Positions 20,541-31,836 of a stretch of DNA of 64,000 nucleotides are shown here, one piece after another. How positions within the stretch are numbered: position 1 is the first letter of the stretch; the number at the start of each line of letters is the position of its first letter. Position numbers and translations under genes: made by a program. The notes under the pieces were generated by a model. It saw nothing but the letters and a program-made list of their open reading frames with translations, was not told where the DNA came from and did no database searches. Source of the DNA: an uncultured Gammaproteobacteria bacterium. GTDB taxonomy: Bacteria > Pseudomonadota > Gammaproteobacteria > Xanthomonadales > Rhodanobacteraceae. The DNA is taken from NCBI GenBank assembly GCA_963814225.1, contig CAWFCC010000016.1:18144-82143 (forward strand), given 5' to 3'.

Positions 20541-21473
20541 CTAGCGCCCGCCGAGCATCTGGCCCTGCTGCGGCGTGAACGCGCCGTTCGCATCGGCAAA
20601 CTGGAACGGCACCGCGACGAGCTGCATGTTCCGGTTCATCTGCACACAAAAATGCAGATGCGGCCCCGACGCATAACCCGTATCGCCCGATAGCGCGATG
20701 ACTTGACCCGCCTTCACGTGCTGTCCCACATGCACGCGCGCACTTTCCAGTTGCAGATGCGCATACACCGACATCGCGCCATCCGCGTGCACGATGCGGA
20801 TGTTGTTGGCGCGATCGCCGTACTGCGCCATGTCCAGTCCGTTGCCGAAAAAGTCGTTGTCGACCGTCATCACCACGCCATCGCGCGCGGCGAGCACCGG
20901 CGTGCCATTCGGCATGCCGATGTCGACCGCATATTCGTTCTGCGGATCGTGATGGCTGAAACGCCCGTGAAACGCCTGATCGACGCGAAACGATTCGGTC
21001 GCCGCATCGAACGGCACGCGATAGGTCGCATTCGGATCCTGCACCGCCCGATAATCGCCGGGCATGTACGTATAGGCGTACTTGTAACGATAGCCTGCGC
21101 GCGCATCGAGCGGATGAATCTGCAACGCGTGCGTCTCGCCCAACGGCGCCGCGACCACGATCGTCGGCAGCGGCGGATCGGAAGCGACATTCGACGACTG
21201 CACGAACGAAATCTGCACCGACACCGGTCCGCCGGATCCATTGACGAATCCGACCGATCGATCCGCATCCGGCCCCGATTCATCGAGCCGCAACAACGGC
21301 TGATGATCAGTGCGCACGAGCGTGGATTTCACCTGGCCGACATTTTCGTCGGGCTTGATGTCGGTGAAATGGATGATGCCGTTGGCATCGGTGTACTGGT
21401 ACATGTGCTTGGCGGGCGCGGTTGCGCACGCAAGCATGAGGACTGCGAAAAGGAGACGACGCATCATGCGCAA
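20541..21473 (-). CDS. M23 family metallopeptidase with N-terminal DUF4124-like domain
   Basis: MYQYTDANGIIHFTD; YAVDIGMPNGTPVLAARDG, YAHL, SGPHLHF. Confidence 0.9.
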   Translation of the reverse strand: MRMMRRLLFAVLMLACATAPAKHMYQYTDANGIIHFTDIKPDENVGQVKSTLVRTDHQPLLRLDESGPDADRSVGFVNGSGGPVSVQISFVQSSNVASDPPLPTIVVAAPLGETHALQIHPLDARAGYRYKYAYTYMPGDYRAVQDPNATYRVPFDAATESFRVDQAFHGRFSHHDPQNEYAVDIGMPNGTPVLAARDGVVMTVDNDFFGNGLDMAQYGDRANNIRIVHADGAMSVYAHLQLESARVHVGQHVKAGQVIALSGDTGYASGPHLHFCVQMNRNMQLVAVPFQFADANGAFTPQQGQMLGGR

Positions 21474-21507
21474 ATGATAATCCGGAGGCGTTACGCTTTT
21501 CTGCGGC

Positions 21508-22891
21508 TCAACACTCGATCACGTTGACCGCCAACCCGCCGCGCGACGTTTCCTTGTACTTGTCCTGCATATCGCGCCCCGTATCGCGCATGGTCTTGAT
21601 GACCTTGTCGAGACTGACGCGATGCTTGCCGTCGCCGCGCATCGCCATGCGCTGCGCGTTGATCGCCTTGACCGATCCCATCGCGTTGCGTTCGATGCAC
21701 GGAATCTGCACGAGGCCGCCGATCGGATCGCAGGTGAGGCCGAGGTTGTGTTCCATGCCGATTTCCGCGGCGTTTTCGACCTGGAAGATCGATCCGCCGA
21801 GCGCGGCGGTAAGTCCGCCCGCGGCCATCGAACAGGCGACGCCGACTTCGCCCTGGCAGCCGACTTCCGCGCCGGAGATCGACGCGTTTTCCTTGTACAG
21901 AATGCCGATCGCGGCGGCGGTCAGCAGGAAATCGAGCATGCCTTGTTCGGTCGCGCCGGGCACGAAGCGATCGTAGTAGTGCAGCACGGCCGGGATGATG
22001 CCGGCCGCGCCGTTGGTCGGTGCGGTGACGACGCGGCCGCCCGCCGCGTTTTCCTCGTTGACCGCGAGCGCGTACAGATTGACCCAGTCGAGGATCGTCA
22101 GCGGATCCTTCAGCGCTTCTTCGGGGCGGTCGCGCAGTTCCGCGATACATGATCGGCGCGCGGCGCTGCACTTTCAGTCCGCCGGGCAACACGCCTTTTT
22201 CGCGCATGCCGCGCGCGAGGCAATCCTGCATGGCCTTCCAGATGGCTAGAAGTCCTGCGCGGATTTCTTCTTCGCTGCGCCAGACTTTTTCGTTTTCCAG
22301 CATCACCTGCGCGATGGTTTTGCCCGAACTCTCGCAAATCGCCAGCAGCTCGTCGCCGCTGTTGAACGGGTAGGGCAACGGCGTGGTATCGGGGACGATC
22401 TTGTCTTCGGCCGCTTCGTCGTGATTGACCACGAAGCCGCCGCCGACGGAGTAGTAGTCGCGCGTCGCCAGCGTTTCGCCGGCGGCGTCATACGCGGTGA
22501 AGCGCATGCCATTGCTGTGGTACGGCAGTTTCTGGCGCTTGTTGAAGACGAGATCGGTTTTCTCGTCGAACGCGATCTCGTGCTTGCCGAGCAGGCGGAT
22601 TTTCTTGTCGCCGCGGATGCGCGAGAGGCGCGACGGAATCGAATCCGGATCGATCTTGTCCGGCCATTCGCCTTCGAATCCGCACAGCACGGCTTTGTCG
22701 GTGCCGTGGCCGCGCCCGGTGTGCGCGAGCGATCCGAACAACTCGCCGCGGATGCGCGCGACGTTGTGCAAAATGCCGCGCTCGTCGAGCCATTTGGTGA
22801 CGAAGCGCGCGGCCGCGCGCATCGGTCCCACCGTGTGCGACGACGACGGCCCGATGCCGATCTTGAACAGGTCGAAAACGCTGACAGCCAT
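21508..22891 (-). CDS. sdaA: L-serine ammonia-lyase (frameshift near 22145)
   Basis: [42 protein letters not shown]. Confidence 0.96.
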
Positions 22892-22950
22892 GCGATTCAG
22901 ATGGGGATGCGAAAGGCGATATTCTACGCCCTCCCCACCGCCGCCGACTC

Positions 22951-23178
22951 ATGATCCTCGTTCTATATCAGCGCGACGACTGCCATCTGTGCGACCTCGC
23001 CATCGACGTCCTCGCGCAGGCGCGCGCGCCGGATTTTTCCAGCGTCTTCATCGACAACGACAATGCGCTCGAAGCCCGCTACGGCGAACGAGTGCCGGTG
23101 CTGCGCGAAGAGGAATCCGGCCGCGAGCTCGACTGGCCGTTCGACGCGGCGCGCGTCCGCGAATTCGTTCAGGCCTGA
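22951..23178 (+). CDS. Glutaredoxin-like protein (DUF836)
   Basis: CHLC motif, RYGERVPVL, ELDWPFD. Confidence 0.88.
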   Translation: MILVLYQRDDCHLCDLAIDVLAQARAPDFSSVFIDNDNALEARYGERVPVLREEESGRELDWPFDAARVREFVQA

Positions 23179-24767
23179 GTGCCGATGGCGTCGATGTCCG
23201 GCGTGCGCCAGCCGCAGCGAAGGCCCCAGAAATAGAATGCGAGACCGACGAGCGCAACCACGCCGAGATCCCATCCGTACGGCAGCCAGCCGATGCCGCC
23301 GAAGCGCGTGCTGCCGATATACGAGACGAATGCGAGCGTCGGCAGATACGCGATGAGCCACCAGGCGCCGTCGAGCTGGCGGCGGAAATCGGCCCACTGC
23401 TTGCGTGCCTGGAAGTAAAAATAAATCGGCAGCGCCGCGACGATCAGCAGGATGATCTCGCCCGTCAGCGGCCATTTCGCCCAGTACAGAAGTTCGGTCG
23501 AGAACACGAACGCCAGGCACGCGAGAATCGGCAGCCCGGGCATGCGCAGTGGCCTGCGCAACTCGGCCGCGGTGCGGCGCAACGTCATCGCGCTCACCGG
23601 GCCGGTGATGTACGAGATGATCGTCGCCACCGAGATCACCGCCGCGAGCGTTCCCCAGCCGCGGAAGAAAAACAGGAACACGTACGACACCGCGAGGTTG
23701 AACCACATCGCCGCGCGCGGCACGCCCCACACGTTGTGCACGGTGCCGAAAATCGCCGGCATGGTGCCGTTGCGCTGCATGCCGAACAGCATGCGCGCGG
23801 TGGTCGCGGTGTAGGTGATGCCGGTTCCGCTCGGGCTGATGAACGCGTCGAAGAACAAAAGATTGGCGAGCCACGCGATGCCGAGCAGCTTGGCGAGATC
23901 GGCGAATGGCGAGGAGAAATCGATGCCGTGCCAGCCGGCTTTCGCCAGCAGTTCCGTCGGCACCGCGCCGAGAAATGCGGTCTGCAGCAGTAGATACACG
24001 ACGGTCGCCAGCGCGATCGCGCCGAAGATCGCGAACGGAATGCTTCGTTCCGGATCGCGCGCTTCGCCGGCGAGATTCACCGGACTTTGGAATCCGTTGT
24101 AGCTGAACACGATGCCCGCCGTGGCGACGGCGGTGAGCACCGCGGCGAGGTCCATCGTGTGCGGACCGCCGTTGATGCCGACGGAAAAATTCTCGCTGTG
24201 GAATCCGCTCGCGATCAATGTGATCGCCGCGAGCGCGGGAACGACGAGCTTGAAGATCGTGATCGCCGTGTTGGAACGCGCGAACACTTTCACGCTCCAG
24301 AAATTAAGCAAGAAGTATACAATTACCAACACGGCGGCGATGGCGATGCCGGGCGGCGTCAGCTCGCCTTTTCCGCCGGGCGCGTGCAGGTATAGATCTT
24401 TCGCCCACTGATAATCCCAGCCGGCCATGTATTGCACGGACGCTTCGGCCTCGACGGGAATCACCGACACGATCGCGATCCAGTTCGCCCACGCACCGAT
24501 GAAGCCGACCAGCGATCCGTGCGAATACTGGCTCATGCGCACCATGCCGCCGGACTCCGGGAACATCGCGCCGAGTTCGGCATAGGTCAGCGCGATCGTC
24601 GTGATCACCGCCGCGCCGATCACCCAGGCCCAGATCGCGTCGGGTCCGGCGAGACTCGCCGCGCGCCACGCGCCGAACAGCCAGCCGGAGCCGATGATCG
24701 ATCCGAGGCCCGTGAGCATCAGCGCAAACGGGCCGACTTCGCGGCGGATGGACGTGTGTTCGGACAT
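23169..24767 (-). CDS. APC family amino-acid permease
   Basis: GSIIGSGWLFG, YAELGAMFPESGG, AGEARDP; many TM helices. Confidence 0.93.
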   Translation of the reverse strand: MSEHTSIRREVGPFALMLTGLGSIIGSGWLFGAWRAASLAGPDAIWAWVIGAAVITTIALTYAELGAMFPESGGMVRMSQYSHGSLVGFIGAWANWIAIVSVIPVEAEASVQYMAGWDYQWAKDLYLHAPGGKGELTPPGIAIAAVLVIVYFLLNFWSVKVFARSNTAITIFKLVVPALAAITLIASGFHSENFSVGINGGPHTMDLAAVLTAVATAGIVFSYNGFQSPVNLAGEARDPERSIPFAIFGAIALATVVYLLLQTAFLGAVPTELLAKAGWHGIDFSSPFADLAKLLGIAWLANLLFFDAFISPSGTGITYTATTARMLFGMQRNGTMPAIFGTVHNVWGVPRAAMWFNLAVSYVFLFFFRGWGTLAAVISVATIISYITGPVSAMTLRRTAAELRRPLRMPGLPILACLAFVFSTELLYWAKWPLTGEIILLIVAALPIYFYFQARKQWADFRRQLDGAWWLIAYLPTLAFVSYIGSTRFGGIGWLPYGWDLGVVALVGLAFYFWGLRCGWRTPDIDAIGTQA

Positions 24768-24891
24768 GGGCAATCCCGACAATTCGATGGGCCGGTCATG
24801 GTCGCAGGATTCATCGGTTCTGTCAGCGGGCAGGTACCTCTCGATGTGGTTCGATGTATATGCGTTTCGCTTGTTTGGATCCGTCGGATTG

Positions 24892-26727
24892 CTAAGGCAG
24901 TTCGAACCCGTTGCAGAAAATCGTGTCGGTCGCGTCGCACACGCCGAGCTGGCGTTCATACGCGCCGAGATCGCGCGGACCGAACGTGTTCGCGATATCG
25001 CGCAGATCCTTATCGCGCGGCAGGTTATCGAGATCACGATCGTTGGCATTCCCGGCAGGTGCGACGTCGAGGCCCAGCGAATGCGGCGCCAGATGGAAAT
25101 CACCGTTGGCGGCATCGACGAAGGATGTGGCGCCTTTGGTGACGTGCGTGGCTGCGCTCAGCGAGTCGGTTTCTCCGGACAAAATGTAATCGAGCGTCAT
25201 GTCGGCGCCGCCGTTCGTGTTCAGTAGCGTCTGCTGCGCGCCTTGGGCGAAGATACTGTTGGTGAGCGTCAGGTCGCCGTTCGCGCGCAGCACCGCGTAA
25301 CCTTCGGCCACATTCATGTTGTTGGCGATGGTGCACTGGTCGATCGTAGCGCCGGCAATCCCGAGCGCGACCAGTTCGGCATCGAGGGTGTTGTCGGCGA
25401 TCAGGCACGAATCGAGCAGCAACGGCAGAAAGAGGCTGTCGGCGATGCGGATCGCATGCGCGCCCTCGTTGCCGCGCATCGCGAATTGTTTGGCGCGCAA
25501 GACGCCGCTGGTCTGGATCAGGATAGCCGAGCCCGCGGTCGCGTTGTCGTTGACGTCAACCGCGCGATTGCCCGACACGCTGTTGCACTCCGTACCGGTG
25601 CCGCAGCTCGCGCCGGTATACGTGTATACCTGGCTGCCTGTGGGAAAATCGAGCGACGCGTAGAAGGTGTCGGCATAGATGCCGCTGCCTTCCTGTCCGG
25701 CGTTGTCGTCGATGCGCGCGCCTTCCATCTGGAGCGTGGCCGTTTCTTGCGGCACCGCGCCGGATCCTTCCATGTGCGCATAGGAAAGCATGTACACGCC
25801 GCCGCCGGTGCGCGTCGCGCGGTTCTGCTCGACGCGCACCGGCTTGGTCGGATCGCTCGCGAAGAGGTCAGCCTTTGCGGGACCGTCGATTTCGGAAATC
25901 AGCGCGATGCCGCCGCCATACGGTGCCGTGTTCTGGTAGATCGCCGGGCCGAACAGATAACCGGGCGAGCCGATATGCGCGTAGGCCGGACCCACCACCA
26001 AAAGCCCGCCGCCTTGCGTGCCCAACGCCTTGTTGAACGCGATCCAGCTTTGCGGCGCATCCATATGCAAGGTCGCCTGACCTTCTATGCGGACGCCGCC
26101 TCCGGAACTCTGCGCCGTGTTGCTGGTGACGAAGGTGTTCGTGTTGAGATACAGGTCGGCGTCACCGCCGTTGCCCTGGAATCGGATGCCTCCGCCGTAG
26201 GTAGCGTTGTTGGAATCGATCGTCGAATTGTCGATCTGCATCGTACCGATGCCGGCGTAATCGATGCCGCCGCCCGAGGTCGCATTGCCGCCGCTGATCG
26301 TGATGTGCGACACCGTAACGTTCGACGTCCCGCGCACCGTTATCACTGCGCCGCTACTGCCACTCATCGTCCGCAGCGGACCGACTGGACATGGAAAGTT
26401 GATGCCGCATGCAGCCACCAAAGTGTTGCATTTCGCCGTATCGACGCGTCCGATCAGATTGATGTTCTTGTTCGTGATCGTCACGTGCTGGTTCGTGTAG
26501 TCGCCGCTCTTGTTGAGAACGATGCTGGTGCCGACAGGACACGTCGCCGCGCTGATCGCAGCCTGGATCGTGCCGTAGTTGCATGAACTATCGACAGCCT
26601 TGTTGCCGACACTGAACACGTCCGGTGCCGTCGCCGTGCATGCCTGGCCGGCCTGTGGATGGAAGAAGAAAGCCAGTAGCAGCAGCGGCGTCGCCAGGCG
26701 TCGCATCAATTTCGGGAAGTCGAACAT
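24892..26727 (-). CDS. Secreted right-handed beta-helix protein ending in DTIFCNGFELP
   Basis: Signal peptide; TIQAAI; repeated NxAxxGGGI; GDFHL...RDLGAYE choice-of-anchor-Q-like end; GAGG RBS upstream of the ATG. Confidence 0.82.
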   Translation of the reverse strand: MFDFPKLMRRLATPLLLLAFFFHPQAGQACTATAPDVFSVGNKAVDSSCNYGTIQAAISAATCPVGTSIVLNKSGDYTNQHVTITNKNINLIGRVDTAKCNTLVAACGINFPCPVGPLRTMSGSSGAVITVRGTSNVTVSHITISGGNATSGGGIDYAGIGTMQIDNSTIDSNNATYGGGIRFQGNGGDADLYLNTNTFVTSNTAQSSGGGVRIEGQATLHMDAPQSWIAFNKALGTQGGGLLVVGPAYAHIGSPGYLFGPAIYQNTAPYGGGIALISEIDGPAKADLFASDPTKPVRVEQNRATRTGGGVYMLSYAHMEGSGAVPQETATLQMEGARIDDNAGQEGSGIYADTFYASLDFPTGSQVYTYTGASCGTGTECNSVSGNRAVDVNDNATAGSAILIQTSGVLRAKQFAMRGNEGAHAIRIADSLFLPLLLDSCLIADNTLDAELVALGIAGATIDQCTIANNMNVAEGYAVLRANGDLTLTNSIFAQGAQQTLLNTNGGADMTLDYILSGETDSLSAATHVTKGATSFVDAANGDFHLAPHSLGLDVAPAGNANDRDLDNLPRDKDLRDIANTFGPRDLGAYERQLGVCDATDTIFCNGFELP

Positions 26728-26830
26728 GACGGCGTCCTCGTGGTGCGCCCGGATCGGGCTTGTTTCGAGGAACGCCGTTGAACGACCGATCACATCATGT
26801 GTGCTGTGCCGATACGGTCAGGAAAAACAC

Positions 26831-29635
26831 TCACGACGTCGTGTGCTGCACCGCCGCCCGGGCGAGTTCGATGCTTTTTGCGCCGGGCGCATCGTATTTT
26901 CGGCTGGCCTCGAGCGCGCGCTGTGCCCACTCGTGTGCGTGCGCGATGTCGCCCGAGCTGCGCAAAACGTCGGCGTGGATCAACCAGAGAAACGGTCCGG
27001 CACGAACGTCACGCCGTCCGGTGACGTGCTCGAAGCTCTCCACCGCCTGACGGCTTTCGCTGAGCGCATTGCCGACGTCGCCACGCTCGAGATAGACCTT
27101 GGCGAGACCGCCGTGCGCCAATGCGAACGTCGAAAACGTGCGTCCCTTTTCGTTTGCGAGCACGAGTCGGAATTGTTCCTCGGCACCGGCGATGTCGCCG
27201 TGCGAAAAGAGGAAGCGCCCCCACCGTTCGCGCGCCGCACGTACGGTGCCCCCATCGGGAGGATCTTTGGCGATGCGTTCGTCGAGTGACGATTTGAGCA
27301 TCCCGCGCGCCTCGTCCGTGCGACCGACCTGATCGTAAGCATCGCCGAGGATCAGACGAATCCGGCGCAGTTCGTATTCCACACTCGGTTTCGCAATGTA
27401 CGTTTTCAACGAGGCTTCTAGCATCGGAATCGCCTCCTGCGGTCGTCCTTCGGCGACCAGACACGCCGCGTAGAACTCGCGTGCGTAGTCATCGTACGAA
27501 TCCGCGTCCCACGGTTGCGGAATCACTTTGAACAGATCGTCGAACAACGCGTGTGCGCGATCGCGATCGCCTTGCCGGTGCACGAGCGACGCGAACTCCG
27601 CAGCCGGCACCCAGTAGGTGCTGTGCGTTTCGCCATAGGTTTTGCGCGCGAGTTCCGCGGAATGCCGATAGGCGGTTTCGGATTCCTCGAACTTGCCCTG
27701 GAATTCCAGCGCCGCGGCAAGTCCTGGATAGGTGAGCCACTGCAGTTCGGCGTCGTCGCGGTCGCTGCTGGTTTCAGCCGCGGCGAGAGCGCGGCGGAAC
27801 CACGGCTCGGCGTCTGCTCCGCCGGTGACGCGCATTTGCCGATAGCCCATGCTCGTCAGCGCGCTGACGTAGCCCGCATCGTGCGGTGCGAGCTCTTCGT
27901 AAAGTTTCGCGGCGCTGTCGATCGCGTCGCCGGCATCGTTGGCCGATGCGTCGTCGTTCGCGAGCACATGGCTGCGCGCAAGAAACCATCGCGCGCGAAT
28001 CACCGAATGATCGAGTCCTGCGCGATGGATCAGCGCATCGGCTTGCTGCAGCAGATCGCGCGACTTGTCGTAGTCGTTGCGATCGTTGGCGTGGTCGGCG
28101 TCGTCGATCAGACCCTGCAGGATGGCCGGGTGCAAGTCGCCAAAGTTTTTGCGCGCCAGCTCGATCTGTTGCTTATGCAGCGCGTCGTAACGCGGCTGAT
28201 CATCGAGTTCGCGATAGATCGACGCGGCGACGCCGAGCAATTCGATCTCCGTATCCGGATCGTTGGCGAAATTGCGTTCGATCGCGGGCGCGTTGAGATC
28301 GAGCAGCTGCTTCGCCGTGACCTCACCGCGCGGCTTGTCTTGTGCGATGCGCGGATCGCTGGCGCGGAACACGCGGATCAGAAAATCCTTCGTCGCATTC
28401 GCACGCGCGGCTTGCTGCTCCGCATTGCGCGCCTGCTCGCGCGCGACATTGGCCTGCCACAGCGCCACACCGAATGCGGCGAGGATCGCCAACAGGAACA
28501 CCACCGTCATCGCCACTCCGCCGCGATGACGCGTCACGAATTTCTGCGTGCGATACCACGCTGATGGCGGATGCGCGGCGACCGGTTTGCCGTCCAGCCA
28601 ACGGCCATGTCGTCGGCGAACGCGCCGGCCGATGCATAACGTCGCTCCGGTACGATATCGAGCGATTTGCGCAGTATGTTGTCGAGATCGCCGCGCACGA
28701 TGCGTCTCGTTTGCGCGGGCGTTTCCGGCAGCACGCCGTCGGCAACCTCGTCGGTGATGCGCGAAGATGGCGTGCCGGTGTCCGCGCCATTCAGACGTTG
28801 CCCGGTCACCAATTCGCCGAGCAGCACGCCGAGCGCATAGACATCCGTCGCCGTCGTGATCGGTCCGTTCGCATGTTGTTCGGGCGCGGCGTAGGCCGGC
28901 GTGAGCATCGGCGAACGTGTCTGTTCGTCGTCGTCGGATTGCAGCAGTTTGGCGATGCCGAAGTCGAGCAGTTTGACGTTGCCGTCGGCGGTGACGAACA
29001 CGTTCGAGGGTTTCAGATCACGATGCACGATCAGCGCACGATGCGCCGCCTCGACCGCGCGGCACACCTGCACGAACAGGGCAGAGTCTTTCGCGAATGC
29101 CGAGCTTGCGTTCGCGTGCAAACGTGGTGATCGGCGCGCCATCGACATGTTCGAGCGCGATATAGGCGACTCCGTTTTCGGTTACGCCGCCTTCGATCAA
29201 GCGTGCAATGCCGGGATGCGTGAGCTGCGTCAGCGCCGTGCGCTCGCGGCGAAACTGCTTTTGCGCATCGACCGAATACAAACCGCGCGACAAAATTTTC
29301 AGCGCCACGTGTTGGCGCACGCCATCGCTTTCGCGCTGCGCGAGAAACACCGTCGACGAGCCGCCTTCGCCGAGCATGCGCACGATCTCGAACGGCCCGA
29401 CGCGGCTGCCGACCGGCAAGCGGATTTCGGATTCGCCGATCGCCTGCGCCGCGGCCTGCGCACCGCCGTCGAAGAGTCGGTCGTCGCGCGCATCGGCGTT
29501 CAGCAGACGCTCGACGCGAACGCGCATCGCTTCATCCGTACAGCGCGCGCGCAGGAATTCGTCGCGCGCTTCCGGCGGCAGTTCGAGGCAGGCGTCGAAC
29601 AAATCGCGCAGCGTGTTAGAGGTGATTTCGGCCAT
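26831..29635 (-). CDS. Membrane Ser/Thr protein kinase with extracytoplasmic TPRs (two frameshifts)
   Basis: GEGGSSTV, VALK, HRDLKPSN, DFGIAK, TPAYAAPEQ, DVYALG; TM helix; TPR-like helical repeats. Confidence 0.92.
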
Positions 29636-29671
29636 ATGGTTGGAGAAAACGCCGTTTGGCGACGCGACGCG

Positions 29672-30193
29672 TCAGCCGGCCAGCGCATCTTTGAGGAAAG
29701 CGCGCGCGAAGCGCCAGTCGCGATCGACAGTGGCCGTGGCCAGGCCCAACGTTTCGGCGATCTCCTTCACGGTGAGTCCGGCGAAATAGTGCAGTTCGAG
29801 AACCTGCGCGGCGCGCGCGTCGGTGTCGGCGAGCAGATCGAGCGCGCCGTCGAGCGCGAGCGCCTGATCCGCGCTATCGATGGCCAATTGCATGTCGCTG
29901 CCGGTGAGCGTAACGCGCATCTGATCGCCACCGGCGCGTAATCGAAGACGGTCGCGCGCGCGATCAGCGAGCAGATGACGCATCGCTCGCGCCGCGTAGG
30001 CGAAAAATTGCGCGGGGTATTCGAAGGCAAGTTCGGGCTGTTTGCCGATGCGCAGATAAAGCTCGTGCACGAGCGCGGTGGTGTCGAGCGTGGCGTGATC
30101 ACGCCGGCCGAGCTCGCGCGCGGCCATCGCCTTCAGGCGGGCGTAGACGGCGTCGAATAACGCGTCGGTGCGCAGCGGTGTGCCGGTTTCCAT
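29672..30193 (-). CDS. ECF43-type (kinase-associated) sigma factor
   Basis: ATLDTTALVHELYLR, AMRHLLADRAR, TVDRDWRFARAFL; directly upstream of the kinase. Confidence 0.92.
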   Translation of the reverse strand: METGTPLRTDALFDAVYARLKAMAARELGRRDHATLDTTALVHELYLRIGKQPELAFEYPAQFFAYAARAMRHLLADRARDRLRLRAGGDQMRVTLTGSDMQLAIDSADQALALDGALDLLADTDARAAQVLELHYFAGLTVKEIAETLGLATATVDRDWRFARAFLKDALAG

Positions 30194-30289
30194 GACAGCG
30201 TCCCTCCCGCGCCGATTCTAGCGCTGAATAGGCGAGCGAATAGCGTGTCCGTTTTCAAATTGCTCCGATACAAATCTACGTTTTTTGCT

Positions 30290-30455
30290 CGTCAATTCCC
30301 GCGAAAGCGGGAATCCAGTGCCGTTGCAATTTCTGAGCGCCGCGCAAGAGCAAAGTCGCTGGATTCCCGCTTTCGCGGGAATGACGAGCGAAGGTTCAAA
30401 GCCGCGCACGAGCAACGTCGCTGGATTCCCGCTTTCGCGGGAATGACGAGCGAAG
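30290..30455. repeat. REP cluster (three CGTC-type copies)
   Basis: CGTCAATTCCCGCGAAAGCGGGAATCCAG at 30290; inverted copies at 30359 and 30421 lying in an identical 39-bp direct repeat. Confidence 0.9.
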
Positions 30456-30492
30456 AATTCTTCCTGGTTGGGAATCAAATCTCAGGCGAGAT

Positions 30493-31833
30493 CTAGTGAG
30501 CGCCACGCAGCCGCGCGAGGATCGCGCTGCGCGCCTCGCGCAGGATGGAATCGCGATCGAGGCTCGCCACGATGTCGGAAACCGCGCGCTTGGCGCCCTG
30601 ATCGCCCCAGGATTTTCCGTGCAGCAGATAATGTTCGGCGGCGCGGCCGACGATTTCCGTCGCGTACCACGCGAGCGCGCCTTGTGCGCCGGCGGTGACG
30701 ATGGTGGTCAAGCCGGCGCTGACGCCCTTCAGCGCGCTGGAGACGAGATGGATTCCCCAGATCGCACCCATCAGCGCGGCGAGTTGCGCGCAGATGGTGC
30801 CGATCAGCGTGCCGGCTTCGGCGCGCGTGAGCGGCTGTCCGTATACTTTTGCCAAATGCAGCACGAGCGCGACGTCGAGCGATGCGGCGGCGAGTAGATC
30901 GGCGACCGGAATCGGATTGAGCGCGACCGCGACGCCTTTGGCCAGGCAATAGTTGCGGATGATGCGATCGGCGAGTTCGCGCCGCGCGGCGGCGACGCGT
31001 TGTGCGACGCGATCGGACAATTCGCCCGCGAACAATCCGGCGTTGAGCGCGGCGAGCGTTTTGCCTTCGCGTTCGGCGATGGTGCGGACGCGGCGGTCGA
31101 GATCGGCGACATCGGGTTTCTGTTCGATGCGCTTTTCGCTTTCCTTGCCGTCGGCATCGACGATGACGACGCGTTTGTCCGCCGGTTTTGCGGCGCAGGC
31201 GACGACATCTTCCGCACGTACGCGTCCGCTCGCGTGTTCGCGCAGGCGCACGAGAAGACGTTCGCGTTCGTCTTCGGTATAGCGATCGGATTTGTTCAGC
31301 GCGAGCAGCAGCGGACGCTGCGTTTTCGCCAATGTCGTCAGTGCGTCGAGTTCGCTTTGCGTCATGTCGCCGTCGACGACGAAGATGACCAGATCGCTGA
31401 TCGCGGCGACGTCGAAGGCGAGTTTCTCGCGTTCCTCGCCCGACAATTCGTTGATGCCGGGCGTGTCGATCAGATGCAGGCCTTGTCCGGCGACTTCCTG
31501 CCAGCGCTGCGCGTCGCGCGATTGCGTCGTGCCGTGCAGTACGCCGGTGGCGAATGCGTCGCGGCCGAGCAGTGCGTTTCCGATCGCGGATTTGCCGACG
31601 CTCACGCGCCCGAACACCGCGATGTGCAATTCACCGGCGGCGAGCTTGCCGAGCAGCGATTCGATCTGCGCGAAATCGTCGCCGAGTTCGCGGCGCACCG
31701 AATCCGGAATGCTCTTGTCGTCGAGCAGCGATTGCAGCGCTTCGCTGGTTTGCGCGACGTGCGAATCCGCTGCGGCGCTGCGCGGCGCGTCGCCGCCGAG
31801 GCGCGCGCGCAGCCGCGTCCACCAATCGGTCAC
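30493..31833 (-). CDS. P-loop GTPase with C-terminal DUF697-like hydrophobic domain
   Basis: G1 GRVSVGKS, G3 DTPG, G4 NKSD; LNPIPVADL. Confidence 0.85.
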   Translation of the reverse strand: MTDWWTRLRARLGGDAPRSAAADSHVAQTSEALQSLLDDKSIPDSVRRELGDDFAQIESLLGKLAAGELHIAVFGRVSVGKSAIGNALLGRDAFATGVLHGTTQSRDAQRWQEVAGQGLHLIDTPGINELSGEEREKLAFDVAAISDLVIFVVDGDMTQSELDALTTLAKTQRPLLLALNKSDRYTEDERERLLVRLREHASGRVRAEDVVACAAKPADKRVVIVDADGKESEKRIEQKPDVADLDRRVRTIAEREGKTLAALNAGLFAGELSDRVAQRVAAARRELADRIIRNYCLAKGVAVALNPIPVADLLAAASLDVALVLHLAKVYGQPLTRAEAGTLIGTICAQLAALMGAIWGIHLVSSALKGVSAGLTTIVTAGAQGALAWYATEIVGRAAEHYLLHGKSWGDQGAKRAVSDIVASLDRDSILREARSAILARLRGAH

Positions 31834-31836
31834 GGA

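Noticed and set aside
30290-30455. Possible mini CRISPR array
   Set aside because: Units are REP palindromes in mixed orientation, only two direct copies, no cas genes
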